Positions 38,731-49,298 of a DNA stretch of 64,000 nt are shown in pieces. The stretch is from the NCBI GenBank assembly GCA_965204745.1, contig OZ242010.1, positions 5,216,001-5,280,000 on the forward strand. Reading direction: 5' to 3'. Under the pieces are notes generated by a model, which worked only from the letters and a program-made list of their open reading frames with translations, had not been told where the DNA came from and made no database searches. Position 1 is the stretch's first letter. Each line of letters starts with the position of its first letter. The translations under genes were made by a program, and so were the position numbers. The DNA is from Candidatus Latescibacterota bacterium (GTDB taxonomy: Bacteria > Latescibacterota > UBA2968).

Positions 38731-39381
38731 ATGAAGAAACTTTTGTTCATCGTTGTATTCGGTCTGTTTTGGGGTGAGACACCTGCTCGGGATCCCCATT
38801 CCTTGCCCCTGTATGCAGGGAAAAATATCATCGCGATTGGACTCGCCAATGAGTCGAAAACCGTGGTTAAGTCGCTCAAGGTGATGCCCGATGCTGAGAA
38901 ATTTCCCCATGGGGTGCGCGTTGAGGAAACCGTCATTCCCGTGGATTTTACGTCAGAGACACTTGAACTGCGACTTCAGATCACCGTCGACCCGGGCCAT
39001 GAAGGCACTGTTGTCGCCTTGCCGCTCATCTTGATCGGTGACACGGGCCATCGTTGGTATGTCGCGCTTCCTGTAACCATTGAAGTCCGCCCAATCGCCA
39101 AAACCGAACTCCTGCCCAACCAACCCAACCCCTTCAACCCCGAGACGACCATTCATTATCGCCTGGCCGGAAGCGAAAAGCAAGAGACCCAACTCGTGAT
39201 CTACAATATCATAGGCCAAAAAATTCGCACGCTCGTTCAAGAATACCAAGAGCCGGGAGAATATGCGGTGCGTTGGGATGGCACCGACGATCACGGGCAA
39301 AAAGTTTCGAGTGGCATCTACATTTATCATCTGACATTCGGCGATTTTGCCCAGACGAGAAGGATGATGCTTCTCAAATGA
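38731..39381 (+). CDS. Secreted protein with Por/FlgD-Ig C-terminal sorting domain
   Basis: Signal peptide; PNPFNPETTI..IYN.IGQ..WDG..SSGIY..MMLLK. Confidence 0.8.
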   Translation: MKKLLFIVVFGLFWGETPARDPHSLPLYAGKNIIAIGLANESKTVVKSLKVMPDAEKFPHGVRVEETVIPVDFTSETLELRLQITVDPGHEGTVVALPLILIGDTGHRWYVALPVTIEVRPIAKTELLPNQPNPFNPETTIHYRLAGSEKQETQLVIYNIIGQKIRTLVQEYQEPGEYAVRWDGTDDHGQKVSSGIYIYHLTFGDFAQTRRMMLLK

Positions 39382-39415
39382 AGGACTTCCTCTCTCTTTC
39401 AATGGAGGCTTAGCG

Positions 39416-41215
39416 ATGAAACAGGTAATCTATCTGATGATGTGGCTGGTGATTGCCGCACCGGCAAAAAGCCTGGCCTATCAAAGCGTGCTCGTGGCTG
39501 GTTCCTCGGGCATCGTGGTAGATGGCAGTTTGGAGGACTGGCAAGTCTATAAATTGCCCGTGCAGAAACTCGAGTCCTGGCGAGCACTGCCCCATAACCT
39601 AGCGGGAACGCCAACCTCGGAACGGGATCTGTCTGCAACTTTGCAGGTGTTTGCAGACGCGGAGCATCTGTACTTCGCCGTTGTGGTGAGCGATGATGCG
39701 GTCGTTTTTGAACGGGCGGTCTTTGGACAAAACTGGTGGGATGATGCGGTCTGGCTAGAATTTGACGGCTGCTTTCTCGAGGTTACCCAGCGAGCTTCTG
39801 GCGAGGTGGTCGTCGAAAGTCTCTTGGAGATTGCAGGGAAAAAGATCAGCGTGCCCTATCTGGACAAAGCCCTGGGGGTTGACGCTGCCATCTCACCCAC
39901 GGCATCGGGGTACACCGTCGAAGCAAAAGTGCCGCGTCAGATCGTTCAACCCCGCGTTTTTGAAAAAGGTTCGCGCTTGGTGTTGAATGTGTCTGTTTTG
40001 GATCACGACGATGCGGGGATCCAGGAACACAGGTTGTCGCTCGGCGAGGAGATTTCGCCTTCCATTGTGCTCGGTCAAACGATCCACGCACCCGTTCGGC
40101 CTGAAAATGGCCCGAGGCGTCATCCGTCTGCCAAACAATCCCTGCCGCCAACAGGTGCGCCACTGCCCGCGAAATCGGGGTTCAATAACCAGGGGCAATT
40201 TGTGATTACCCTGTTGGGAGACACTGCATTTGATCGACTCGACTTGGCGCAGAGACACGCCATTGACACAGCGTCAATCCTCGCAAAATACCATGCCGCA
40301 ACACAGGTCGATCAACCCAATCCAAAGACCGAGATCTGGACGGGTGGGCTTGCGGGCATCTTGGCGGTTCAAGAAGGTCATTATCGGATCTTCTCGAATA
40401 GATTTCGGGCGATTCAAAAATTTGATGATCCATATATCTTAGGCTGGGCGTCGCTGTACATGACGGGATACAAACGCGGTTTTGCAAGAACGACGCCCAA
40501 ACTGCCCGACGCGGTCGCTCGGCTTCGCCTTGAGGAAGCCTTGCTGGTTGCAAACGAGACGCGAGACCACGCATTTTATTTTCAATTCCTGAGTGCTTTG
40601 CACAACGTGCAACAAAGGGCACAATTGCCCGTCGCTTCCATGCTCGAACAGGGGATTCGCCATGCGATGCGCCTTGTGGATCAATTTGGAACCGACAAAA
40701 TGGGACAGTTGGCAGCGCGGAATCGCCTCAAATACCGGCTGTTATTGCTCAAAGACCACCGGTTTTTTGATGTTCACACTCGATTCGCCAAACGGGAGAT
40801 TGTGAGTTATTCAGAAAATTTCAACCTCGGCTCTGACGAGCATCTCGATTTTCTCAATCAAGTCGGCAATATTTATCGCGAACTCGAAATGGATCGGGAT
40901 GCGTTGGAATTTTACGAAAAAATATCAGACCTCGGCCAAACACCCGCTCATGCCGTGACAGCGCGCATTGGTATGGCCCATGTTTATTTGGACATTGCGA
41001 AAAACAGAACGGCAATGGCAAAGTTGCGAGAGGCCGAGAAAATTTTGACCGATCCTCAAACCAGAGACGAGAGAGCCGTTTTGGCGCATCTCCACCTGAC
41101 CTTTGTTCGCGCCCATGATGAATGGTATGACTACAAAAGAGTCCGCGAGCACCTGAAACTTTTACAGGCGTATCTTCCGCCCGATCCTTCCAGGCAAGCG
41201 AGAACCACCCGCTAA
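39416..41215 (+). CDS. Secreted CBM9-like (DOMON) domain + TPR-like protein
   Basis: VDGSLEDW..DLSA...DAEHLYFAVVVSDD..GYTVEAKVP; helical C-terminal repeats. Confidence 0.65.
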   Translation: MKQVIYLMMWLVIAAPAKSLAYQSVLVAGSSGIVVDGSLEDWQVYKLPVQKLESWRALPHNLAGTPTSERDLSATLQVFADAEHLYFAVVVSDDAVVFERAVFGQNWWDDAVWLEFDGCFLEVTQRASGEVVVESLLEIAGKKISVPYLDKALGVDAAISPTASGYTVEAKVPRQIVQPRVFEKGSRLVLNVSVLDHDDAGIQEHRLSLGEEISPSIVLGQTIHAPVRPENGPRRHPSAKQSLPPTGAPLPAKSGFNNQGQFVITLLGDTAFDRLDLAQRHAIDTASILAKYHAATQVDQPNPKTEIWTGGLAGILAVQEGHYRIFSNRFRAIQKFDDPYILGWASLYMTGYKRGFARTTPKLPDAVARLRLEEALLVANETRDHAFYFQFLSALHNVQQRAQLPVASMLEQGIRHAMRLVDQFGTDKMGQLAARNRLKYRLLLLKDHRFFDVHTRFAKREIVSYSENFNLGSDEHLDFLNQVGNIYRELEMDRDALEFYEKISDLGQTPAHAVTARIGMAHVYLDIAKNRTAMAKLREAEKILTDPQTRDERAVLAHLHLTFVRAHDEWYDYKRVREHLKLLQAYLPPDPSRQARTTR

Positions 41216-41232
41216 ACGCGAGGAGTTTTGCA

Positions 41233-42312
41233 ATGAAAAAATACCTCTTCACCCTGTCCGTTGGCATCGGCATCGTGTTGTTTGGCACGGACATCGCGCT
41301 TGGCGACGATGTGAGCTGTCGCCGAAAGCGCGTGCCCATTGGATCTGATTGTTGGTTGGAATGGAGTTACACTTCCAGAGAGTGGACTGTTGATTGTGGG
41401 ACATTGCCCGAAATCGAAGTGGTCGCGGCGGCTCCTCCGCCCGCTGAAGATATTTATCACCATGTAGGCGCGCCCTGGTGGCATGTCGATCTTTTTGGAA
41501 ATCCATATCGCTGGGATCCCTCTGCGAGTTTGTGGGAACCAACACCTGTTTCCGCTGTGCCATTAGAAGTATTTCTCGATCTCGCGCCTGGCCAATCAAC
41601 CACGATTGATTGTGCGCCGAGAGGGTATTCGGATATACGCAAGCGCGATCTGATCGTTAAGACGGTACCCCTCTTTAACGATCTGGAGATTACGATTGAG
41701 AAAATAAGAAAAACCTCGCCCCACTATGGACACCATCACGCCCCCGACAACAGTAAGGATCTTTGTCGGGGTGCCACGAGTGTTGATGATGGCGTGACAA
41801 ATAAAGATGGTGTGTTCCAGTTTTTCTATCGCGGTCCAGAAGCCGCGGGCAGAACGGTTGTGACGGTCAATTGGCGAGATCTACGAGATGGTGGAGAAAC
41901 GGGATCCGTATCCATGACCTTTGAAAACAGACACGATGGCTTGGTAGAAATCACGGGTGGAACAGGGATATCTTTAACGGGCCATGATACCCACCATCGC
42001 GCCGGAGACATCCACTGGGTCACCCCGACCACAAAGACCCGCATCGCTTCTCTTGCGAGACTCTATCATGCAGAATACAATGAGAATCTGATGGTGAATG
42101 ACGGCTCTTTGAGATATGGCGGTTTGTATGATTTCAATGAAACTTGGAGACCACCTCATTGGGGGCATCGGGATGGCACGAATGTGGATATTTATCCAAC
42201 TACAGTGAGTGCTGCGAAGTGGAAATTTCTCATACGAAAGATAGATGAACTAGGAAGTACCTACTTAAATAAAATCAACACGGACGATCCACATCTTCAC
42301 TTTAAGCAATGA
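41233..42312 (+). CDS. Secreted protein with C-terminal MepA/M74-like LAS metallopeptidase domain
   Basis: NDGSL.YGG, HWGHRDGTNVD (H-x6-D), C-terminal HLH. Confidence 0.65.
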   Translation: MKKYLFTLSVGIGIVLFGTDIALGDDVSCRRKRVPIGSDCWLEWSYTSREWTVDCGTLPEIEVVAAAPPPAEDIYHHVGAPWWHVDLFGNPYRWDPSASLWEPTPVSAVPLEVFLDLAPGQSTTIDCAPRGYSDIRKRDLIVKTVPLFNDLEITIEKIRKTSPHYGHHHAPDNSKDLCRGATSVDDGVTNKDGVFQFFYRGPEAAGRTVVTVNWRDLRDGGETGSVSMTFENRHDGLVEITGGTGISLTGHDTHHRAGDIHWVTPTTKTRIASLARLYHAEYNENLMVNDGSLRYGGLYDFNETWRPPHWGHRDGTNVDIYPTTVSAAKWKFLIRKIDELGSTYLNKINTDDPHLHFKQ

Positions 42313-42355
42313 GACAAGGCTGTTTTCGTGAAACCCCAAAAGAAAGGAGCACGCA

Positions 42356-43264
42356 ATGAAAGCGGTAATCTTTGCAACCTTGGTGCTGGTGCTCGCGGCC
42401 GGTTCAGGCCGGGCAGAGCGCAAGCCACTCGATAAAATTCACCGGGAGATCAAGCCCGGTGCCACAGTCATCAAAGTGCCAAATCCAAGGCGGCGTGATG
42501 GCTATGATCTCGCTGAAAAAAAGCATGAAGTGACCTACGACGAGGCGACCGGGCTTTATACCTACCGGTTTTGGCAGACCTATGTCGATTTGCTTTATGA
42601 ACCTTCTAACCGACTGGATGTGACCGTGGCATGCACAGTGACATATAATAGCGAAAAGGATGAATACACCTATACGTACCACCTCGTCAATAGCAAGGAC
42701 AGTGTACAGTCCTTAGAGATATTCGCTTTAGATATAGATCGCAACCTCGTGCTTCGGACTGAATCTGAACCATGGCGTTATCACTCTACGAGTGAGCCGC
42801 CACCCGGTTCACCCAAATGGGCATTTTGGGGATCAATGGGCGGACACATCCCACCGGGTGAATCAATTTCTCTGACGCTTGTAAGTAAACTCGGTCCGGT
42901 CATTGCAACCTGTTATTCCAAAGGTTATGGTCAAACTGTTCAGTCGTCTATTGGACCAATAGATGAACTTGCAGTTTATCCGCCGAATGTAGAGGGGCTG
43001 AAAGGTCAGACCCTTGCGCCCGGCAGTTTGGGGGATAGCAGTCCCAAAGCGCAGTTTGAAGCCTTTCTCGCTATTGCCGAGACCTGGGGATGGGTCAACA
43101 AGGACAAAAAGGACGCGGCATTGCTCCACATTTCTAAGGGCTTAGACCAGACCGCGTTCATCGCGTTGAAGAACGAACTGAATTTGGTTCAGGGCAAGGT
43201 GGAAGGTGAAGTGACTGCCTTCTTGGAGCATTTGGGCAAGGACCAAGGGTTCAGCGATGAGTGA
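42356..43264 (+). CDS. Secreted hypothetical protein, paralog 1
   Basis: Signal peptide; RBS aaaggag; highly similar to 55681-56598. Confidence 0.8.
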   Translation: MKAVIFATLVLVLAAGSGRAERKPLDKIHREIKPGATVIKVPNPRRRDGYDLAEKKHEVTYDEATGLYTYRFWQTYVDLLYEPSNRLDVTVACTVTYNSEKDEYTYTYHLVNSKDSVQSLEIFALDIDRNLVLRTESEPWRYHSTSEPPPGSPKWAFWGSMGGHIPPGESISLTLVSKLGPVIATCYSKGYGQTVQSSIGPIDELAVYPPNVEGLKGQTLAPGSLGDSSPKAQFEAFLAIAETWGWVNKDKKDAALLHISKGLDQTAFIALKNELNLVQGKVEGEVTAFLEHLGKDQGFSDE

Positions 43265-43274
43265 GGAGCACGCA

Positions 43275-43643
43275 ATGAAAGCGATGATAGTTGCAACCTT
43301 GGTGCTGGTGCTCGCGGCCGGTTCAGGCCGGGCAGACCGCAAGCCGCTCGATAAAATTCACCGGGAGATCAAGCCCGGTGCCACAGTCATCAAAGTGCCA
43401 AATCCAAGGCGGCGTGATGGCTATGATCTCGCTGAAAAAAAGCATGAAGTGACCTACAACGAGACGACCGGGCTTTATACCTATCGGTATTGGCAGACCT
43501 ATGTCGATTTGCTTTATGAACCATTCAATCGACTCGATGTGACCGTGAGGTTTTGTTTCGCGGCAAGTTCAATTTTAGTGGCATATAAAAATCTTGCCCT
43601 TCAATTCATGGGGCAGACCTGTAGGCTTGCCCATTTTGTATAG
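43275..43643 (+). pseudogene. 3'-truncated tandem copy of the preceding secreted protein
   Basis: Near-identity stops after RLDVTV (~43546). Confidence 0.8.
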
Positions 43644-43655
43644 GAAGGTCGCGCT

Positions 43656-45977
43656 ATGGTGCGGAGTTATTTCACTTTGGCGATTCGGAATCTGATCAGA
43701 CACAAGATGATCTCGGTCATCAACATCGTCGGCATGTCCATTGCGATGGCGTTTGTCATTCTCGCGTTTTTGTTTGTCGAGCACGAATGGACGTATGACC
43801 GCTTTCACGCGCATGCACACCGCATTTACCGGCTGGGACTGCAAAACAGATCTGACATGAATTGCAACACGCCAGGCCCTCTCGGCCCTGCTGTTGCACG
43901 GGCGTTTCCCGATGTACAGGTCGCGAGAGTCTATCACACCGGAGGCATAACGCGCTACGGGGCGCGATCTTTTCGCGTGAAACTGAAATACGTGGATGCC
44001 GCATTTTTGGACATCTTCACCTTTCCGCTGTCGATGGGCGATGCGGCGAGTGCCCTGCGCGATTTGCGTTCTGTTGTCCTCACAGAGGAGATGGCTCAAA
44101 AATTGGGGCTGGGTGCTCAACCCATCGGTAAGGTCGTGACCATCGCGGAAAAGGGCTATCTCGTTTCGGGGATTGCAACCGATATTCCCGAAAATTCCAG
44201 CCTTGCATTTGATGGCCTACTGCCGTTTGATGCCGCGGAAAATCCCAATCTCAAGTCGTGGCGTGCAAGGGATAATACCAGTACTTATGTGCTGTTGCCC
44301 GAACGCGCCGAACGCGCCCAAATAGAGGCGCGCCTGCAAGATGTCATTCGGGAAAGATGGGAAGATACCCAACTGTTTTTGCAACCCCTTGGGGATGTTC
44401 ATTTCAATCGACAAATACGGGGGATCGAGAGGGTCAGCAATCCCATTTATTTTGTCGTGATTTTGGGCATCGCGCTGATCGTCGTGCTCATTGCGAGCGT
44501 CAACTTTATCGCCCTGTCTATCGGTCGTTCCTCAATCCGCGCCAAAGAAGTGGGCATTCGCAAATTGATCGGCGCAGGCAGAAGGCAGGTGATCGTTCAG
44601 CATTTGGCCGAGTCCATTTTGGGGGCGTTGCTCGCGATGTGGCTCGGCATTGGCGTGGCGGAACTGCTGTTGCCCAGTTTCAATGCGTTTGTCGGCATGA
44701 AATTGTCGCTGTTGGAACACGGCAACTCGTCCAAGCTCTTGGTCATTGGGATGCTCTCGGTGGTCGTCGGCGCGATGGCAGGGCTGTATCCGGCCTTTGT
44801 TTTCTCGCGCTTTCAAGCGGTGGAAATTTTGACCGCACGCACCAAGCGTTTGTCCCCCGGCGTTCTGATTCGCACGATGGGCGTTTTTCAGTTTGCAATG
44901 TCCATGGCGTTGATCATGGGCGCGCTTGCAATGGTGGCACAAATTGAGTTTCTCAAAAACAAATACGTCGGCTTCGATACCGAGAACCTCGTGGTGATTC
45001 AGGGGTATGGCCCAGAGGGAGTGCTCGATTCAAAAAAATTATATCTCTATCAAGACGGGATTTCATCCTATCCCGCTGTTATAGAGGCGACGCGAGCGGG
45101 ACATGAGTTGAGCAATCGGAGTAGCATAAGGGGATATGTGAAGGCAGAGGGAAAGCAAATTGCGGTAGAAAGTATCGGTGTTGGACATAACTACTTAAGG
45201 ACCGTGGGGCTCGATCTCCTTGAAGGCAGAGACTTTTCAAAGACGATGGAAACCGATATGGATAGGTCGATCATCGTCAATGAAACATTCGTCAAACGGT
45301 TTGGATGGCAACGGGGTGCCGGCAAAACAGTGCTGACGACATTCTCTTTGGGCGAGACAAAAATTATTGGGGTCGTGAGGGATTTTCATTTTCGGTCATT
45401 GCACGTTGAGGTGGCACCTGTTGCTTTGATTTTACGACCTGTGTGTGACAGACTTCTCGTGCGAATCGCGCCCGACGAGATTGCCAGCACAGTCGCTATG
45501 CTCAAAACCGAGTGGGAAAAAGTCGCACCCGATATCCCTTTTCGATTGGCCTTTCTCGAGGATAACCTCGCCAGTCAATACGAAAAAGACCAACGGTGGT
45601 TCCACCTCATTGTCTTTTCTGCGGTTCTCGCCGTGTGCCTGGCTTGTTTGGGGGCGTTTGGCCTGACCGCCCTCTCTGTGGCGCGAAAAACCCATGAGAT
45701 CGGGATTCGCAAAGTCCTGGGGGCTTCTGTGCCTCAGTTGATGATGTTGCTCTCGCGCGATTTCATCGTCTTGCTCCTCATCGCCAACGCGCTGGCTTGG
45801 CCTGTGGCCTATTACTTCCTAGGCGAATGGCTTCGAGCATTTGCCTATCAAATTGATTTGACCCTGCCGCTTTTTACCGGCGGCATGCTGACCCTTGCTG
45901 TCGTGCTCATCACAGTCAGCATTCAGACGTACAGAACCGCAACCCGCGATCCAGTTCAAACGCTCCGCCATGAATGA
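43656..45977 (+). CDS. MacB/FtsX-type duplicated ABC permease
   Basis: AIRNL.RHK, R.KEVGIRKLIGA, EGRDFS, GVVRDFH, EIGIRKVLGA, DPVQTLRHE. Confidence 0.92.
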   Translation: MVRSYFTLAIRNLIRHKMISVINIVGMSIAMAFVILAFLFVEHEWTYDRFHAHAHRIYRLGLQNRSDMNCNTPGPLGPAVARAFPDVQVARVYHTGGITRYGARSFRVKLKYVDAAFLDIFTFPLSMGDAASALRDLRSVVLTEEMAQKLGLGAQPIGKVVTIAEKGYLVSGIATDIPENSSLAFDGLLPFDAAENPNLKSWRARDNTSTYVLLPERAERAQIEARLQDVIRERWEDTQLFLQPLGDVHFNRQIRGIERVSNPIYFVVILGIALIVVLIASVNFIALSIGRSSIRAKEVGIRKLIGAGRRQVIVQHLAESILGALLAMWLGIGVAELLLPSFNAFVGMKLSLLEHGNSSKLLVIGMLSVVVGAMAGLYPAFVFSRFQAVEILTARTKRLSPGVLIRTMGVFQFAMSMALIMGALAMVAQIEFLKNKYVGFDTENLVVIQGYGPEGVLDSKKLYLYQDGISSYPAVIEATRAGHELSNRSSIRGYVKAEGKQIAVESIGVGHNYLRTVGLDLLEGRDFSKTMETDMDRSIIVNETFVKRFGWQRGAGKTVLTTFSLGETKIIGVVRDFHFRSLHVEVAPVALILRPVCDRLLVRIAPDEIASTVAMLKTEWEKVAPDIPFRLAFLEDNLASQYEKDQRWFHLIVFSAVLAVCLACLGAFGLTALSVARKTHEIGIRKVLGASVPQLMMLLSRDFIVLLLIANALAWPVAYYFLGEWLRAFAYQIDLTLPLFTGGMLTLAVVLITVSIQTYRTATRDPVQTLRHE

Positions 45978-46030
45978 ACGCGATACAAAACGCAGACTGG
46001 GCCTTATCACGTCGCTTCCCATGAGTAGTA

Positions 46031-46405
46031 ATACCAATTTGATTTTAGGTTGTCCGTATCCTGCCTCACATCAAGGAATGAGGAACAGACTCAGGCGGTG
46101 CTTGAGCGTTTGGTCCTACAGCCTCGTTGGTTGCCTTTGATGCCTTCGGCGACTTACTTTTTTTCAACAGCAAAAAAAAGTAAGCGAAAAATGCCGCTCT
46201 CAAACGCCGAGGGGCTTGCACAGCGCGAGCGGGGTACAACTGCCCCAGCAGTTCAATCGCTTTTGTAATCGCACGACATGCGCCAGCCTGCAAAGTGGGT
46301 TGCATAATGGATGTTGGTTGCGAAACGGACTTGCGCGCTGTGCGTGATGGCTTTATCGAATGGTCTTTTGCGAGGGCATGGTTGCCATGGCTTCTTTGAA
46401 TGAAT
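46031..46405 (+). repeat. Repeat family B, copy 3, with hairpin module at 46227-46254
   Basis: Homology to 21459-21822. Confidence 0.85.
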
Positions 46406-46463
46406 GTGTAACCCCAAGGGATCAATCGCTGGTAATGCGAATAAAGCGTTGAATCCATTTATT

Positions 46464-46683
46464 GGGACCTACCCCCCTGGCCCCCGTTACTCGCTACGCT
46501 TCGTTGTAGGCTACGCCTGTGCCTGTGAGGAAGGGGGGAATGGCGAGAGGTTGTGCGAGGGGTTTGGGTTTCCAGGGCGTGATCTATTCGCTCAAAGCCA
46601 TCAGAACAGCCAGGGAGACAAACCTTCAAAAAGCCATGCGCTCCCCCTTTCCTTGTAGGAAAGGGGGCCGGGGGGATAGGTCC
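46464..46683. mobile_element. MITE-like palindromic element, family A
   Basis: Inverted, internally shorter homolog of 23218-23516. Confidence 0.75.
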
Positions 46684-46875
46684 TACGAGGAAGGGGAAGA
46701 ACCTCTCTCGTTGCGGAGAGGCACCGGATGACTCGTCCATGTCTTTGGGCGATTGGTCTCGGCTTGATTCCTACTCGCTTTCTACTCTTAATTCGCATTG
46801 GTAGCAGATCGCATCACATCAGGACAACAGCAATTCACTTTGGTATCATAATTCTACAACCGAAAGGAGTACGCG

Positions 46876-49224
46876 ATGGCCCTGTTCATTCGCATCGGAT
46901 TGATCGCGCTGATCTATCTCGCTCATTTTGGATCGGTCAGAGGCGAAACGTCGATTGACGTGCAGTTTCAAGCGGTTGAGAAAGAGGTTGGTGAGGTGAG
47001 TCACACGGAAAGCATTGAGGCTTTTGAGGTGATTCTTTCACGCGATTCGGATTACGCCCCGGCATACCACGCATTGGCGAATCTGTATCTACAGATCAAT
47101 ACCGTGAATAGCCGACAGCGCGCTATGCAGATGATTCAGAAAGCGATGATGATCGATCCCAACAACGCGGTCTATGGCCTGACACACGGAAAAATTTTAT
47201 GGACGCAAGGCTTTCGATTTCGGGCATTGAACCAATACGAGGAGGTGATCAAAAAACATCCGGAGAATCAGGAAGCTCTCGATGGTGTGGGTATGTATTG
47301 GGTCTATGATTTCCTGGCACAAAAGGACAATCGCCGTAAAAGAACTTTTAAGCAATATGCCCAGCAATCAAAACGAGCAGCAGAGGAGGTGTTGCGAGAA
47401 AGTATGGCTTTGGATGCGATGAATCAGAACCCGTATTATTTGTTGGGCATACTTTACTTTGAAGACGAGGAATGGGAGGCGTTTCACGCCTTGATGCAAG
47501 AACTTTACGCGCACTATCCAAAAGATAAAAATGTGTTGTTGTTTTGTGGTCTGGCTGCATATCAGATCGGCGAATACAACAAGTCGCATGAATTTTATGA
47601 ACGCGCTTATGATTTGATGAGTCTTGAAGAACGCGAGTTGTTGGAATCCATTGATCTGCTCAAGCCCGCAGATGATTCTATCCCGCGCTATGCGCTGACC
47701 GAGTCTGATGAGGGCTTGGCGCGTGACGTATTTTGGAAGAGCCAGGATCCGCTCTATTTGACTGATTTCAACGAAAGAAAGCTGGAACACTTCGGTCGCC
47801 TGGCTTATAGCAATTTGCGGTTTAGGCGATTTTCGGCTGATGTGGAGGGTTGGCAGACGGATATGGGGAAGACCTATATCAAATTCGGAAGATATAAACG
47901 TAGATTTTCAACATATAAAAAAGACTGGGATTCTCGCGAGTCCATGACTACTGCCCTGTTCGAGTTCTGGTATTACGAGAAATTTAAGGTCAAGTTTTGT
48001 GGCAGTACGGATGATATTTGGCATTTTTGCGGTGGTTCTTGGGTCTATGTCAGTCAACGTCTTCCAATCAAAGTCAGTGCCTTCAGAGAACACCGCGAAG
48101 GGCTTGATTTTGCTTTGAGACGAACTTCATTTTCATTTTCCTCTCGTCCCTTTGAAGAAGCCTCGCATCGCACCTTCCGCAAAACAGCACAGCGGTTTGT
48201 CGATCCCTATCTCAACCGAAAATACACCCTGCCCTATCAGGTTGCCGCCTTTGAGGAACGAGACAGTGTGCGCGTGGAACTCAGCTATATGATCCCCAAA
48301 GATCGCCTCAAAGAGAACGCCGAGACAGGGAAAATAAGTTTCTGGGATGGCGTGTTCTTATTCGACGAGCAGTGGCAAGACGTGTATAAACATCGCAAAT
48401 CCGTGACCTTCGCCTTGCCACCGCCCAAGCCAGTGCAAAATGCAGGCGCGAGGCATCGCAACGATCATCTGCTGGTCTCGCGCATGGTGACCGTCCCGCA
48501 GGGGAACTATCTCATGGCCGTGGAATTGTTGGATCAGACATCCGGAGCCATCGGTGTGGCACGCCATCGAGATCGGTTTGTAGCTGACAGCGCGACCTTT
48601 CACTTGAGCGATCTACTGGTCGGCAGTGACATTCGACCGCGACATGCATTCCCAGAAGGCCGGGACGATCTGATCATCACGCCTAATCCGGTTCGCACGT
48701 TTTCGCAGTCCGAATCGATCTTTATCTATCTGGAATTGTACGCCCTTCAACGCAACTTCTTTGGTCGCACGAGTTACGAGATCGCCTACACCATCGGCAA
48801 GCCAGAGGTGGATACGCTATCGCCCACCCTGTTCGCGTCTCAAAGCGTGATTGATACGATAGGCAAAACGCAGATTGATCTGCGTCAGGAATCGGATCAA
48901 CGCCCGCAGCAACTAACGCAGGCGTCGGATGATGAAGGGATTGGCACCGATAGGGATATGTGGGGCGAGACAAAGGTCTATACGAGTGGTGGGCAAGTCC
49001 ATCACGTCGCCGCCGAAAAGCTAAAGGTCAAGCGATCCTCTGATGGCGACCTAACCCGCACCGTGACCGCGAATTACGAAGGGGAGCGCGCGACGGATTT
49101 CACGTATTTGCAGATCGATGTGGCGCAAGTGCCCACAGGGATTTACCAACTGACCATCTCGGCACGGGACAAACACACGGGACAGACCGATGAGAAATAC
49201 ATTTACTTTCGCATTACCGATTAA
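46876..49224 (+). CDS. TPR + GWxTD domain protein, copy 1
   Basis: Signal peptide; TPRs; FWKSQDP..NERKLEH..R..Y..GWQTDMGKTYIKFG. Confidence 0.85.
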   Translation: MALFIRIGLIALIYLAHFGSVRGETSIDVQFQAVEKEVGEVSHTESIEAFEVILSRDSDYAPAYHALANLYLQINTVNSRQRAMQMIQKAMMIDPNNAVYGLTHGKILWTQGFRFRALNQYEEVIKKHPENQEALDGVGMYWVYDFLAQKDNRRKRTFKQYAQQSKRAAEEVLRESMALDAMNQNPYYLLGILYFEDEEWEAFHALMQELYAHYPKDKNVLLFCGLAAYQIGEYNKSHEFYERAYDLMSLEERELLESIDLLKPADDSIPRYALTESDEGLARDVFWKSQDPLYLTDFNERKLEHFGRLAYSNLRFRRFSADVEGWQTDMGKTYIKFGRYKRRFSTYKKDWDSRESMTTALFEFWYYEKFKVKFCGSTDDIWHFCGGSWVYVSQRLPIKVSAFREHREGLDFALRRTSFSFSSRPFEEASHRTFRKTAQRFVDPYLNRKYTLPYQVAAFEERDSVRVELSYMIPKDRLKENAETGKISFWDGVFLFDEQWQDVYKHRKSVTFALPPPKPVQNAGARHRNDHLLVSRMVTVPQGNYLMAVELLDQTSGAIGVARHRDRFVADSATFHLSDLLVGSDIRPRHAFPEGRDDLIITPNPVRTFSQSESIFIYLELYALQRNFFGRTSYEIAYTIGKPEVDTLSPTLFASQSVIDTIGKTQIDLRQESDQRPQQLTQASDDEGIGTDRDMWGETKVYTSGGQVHHVAAEKLKVKRSSDGDLTRTVTANYEGERATDFTYLQIDVAQVPTGIYQLTISARDKHTGQTDEKYIYFRITD

Positions 49225-49298
49225 ATGACCATTCACTAGCTGGCGGGCGAAGGCCGAATAGCCGAATATCATTATCACACAACCGAAAGGAGTACGCG

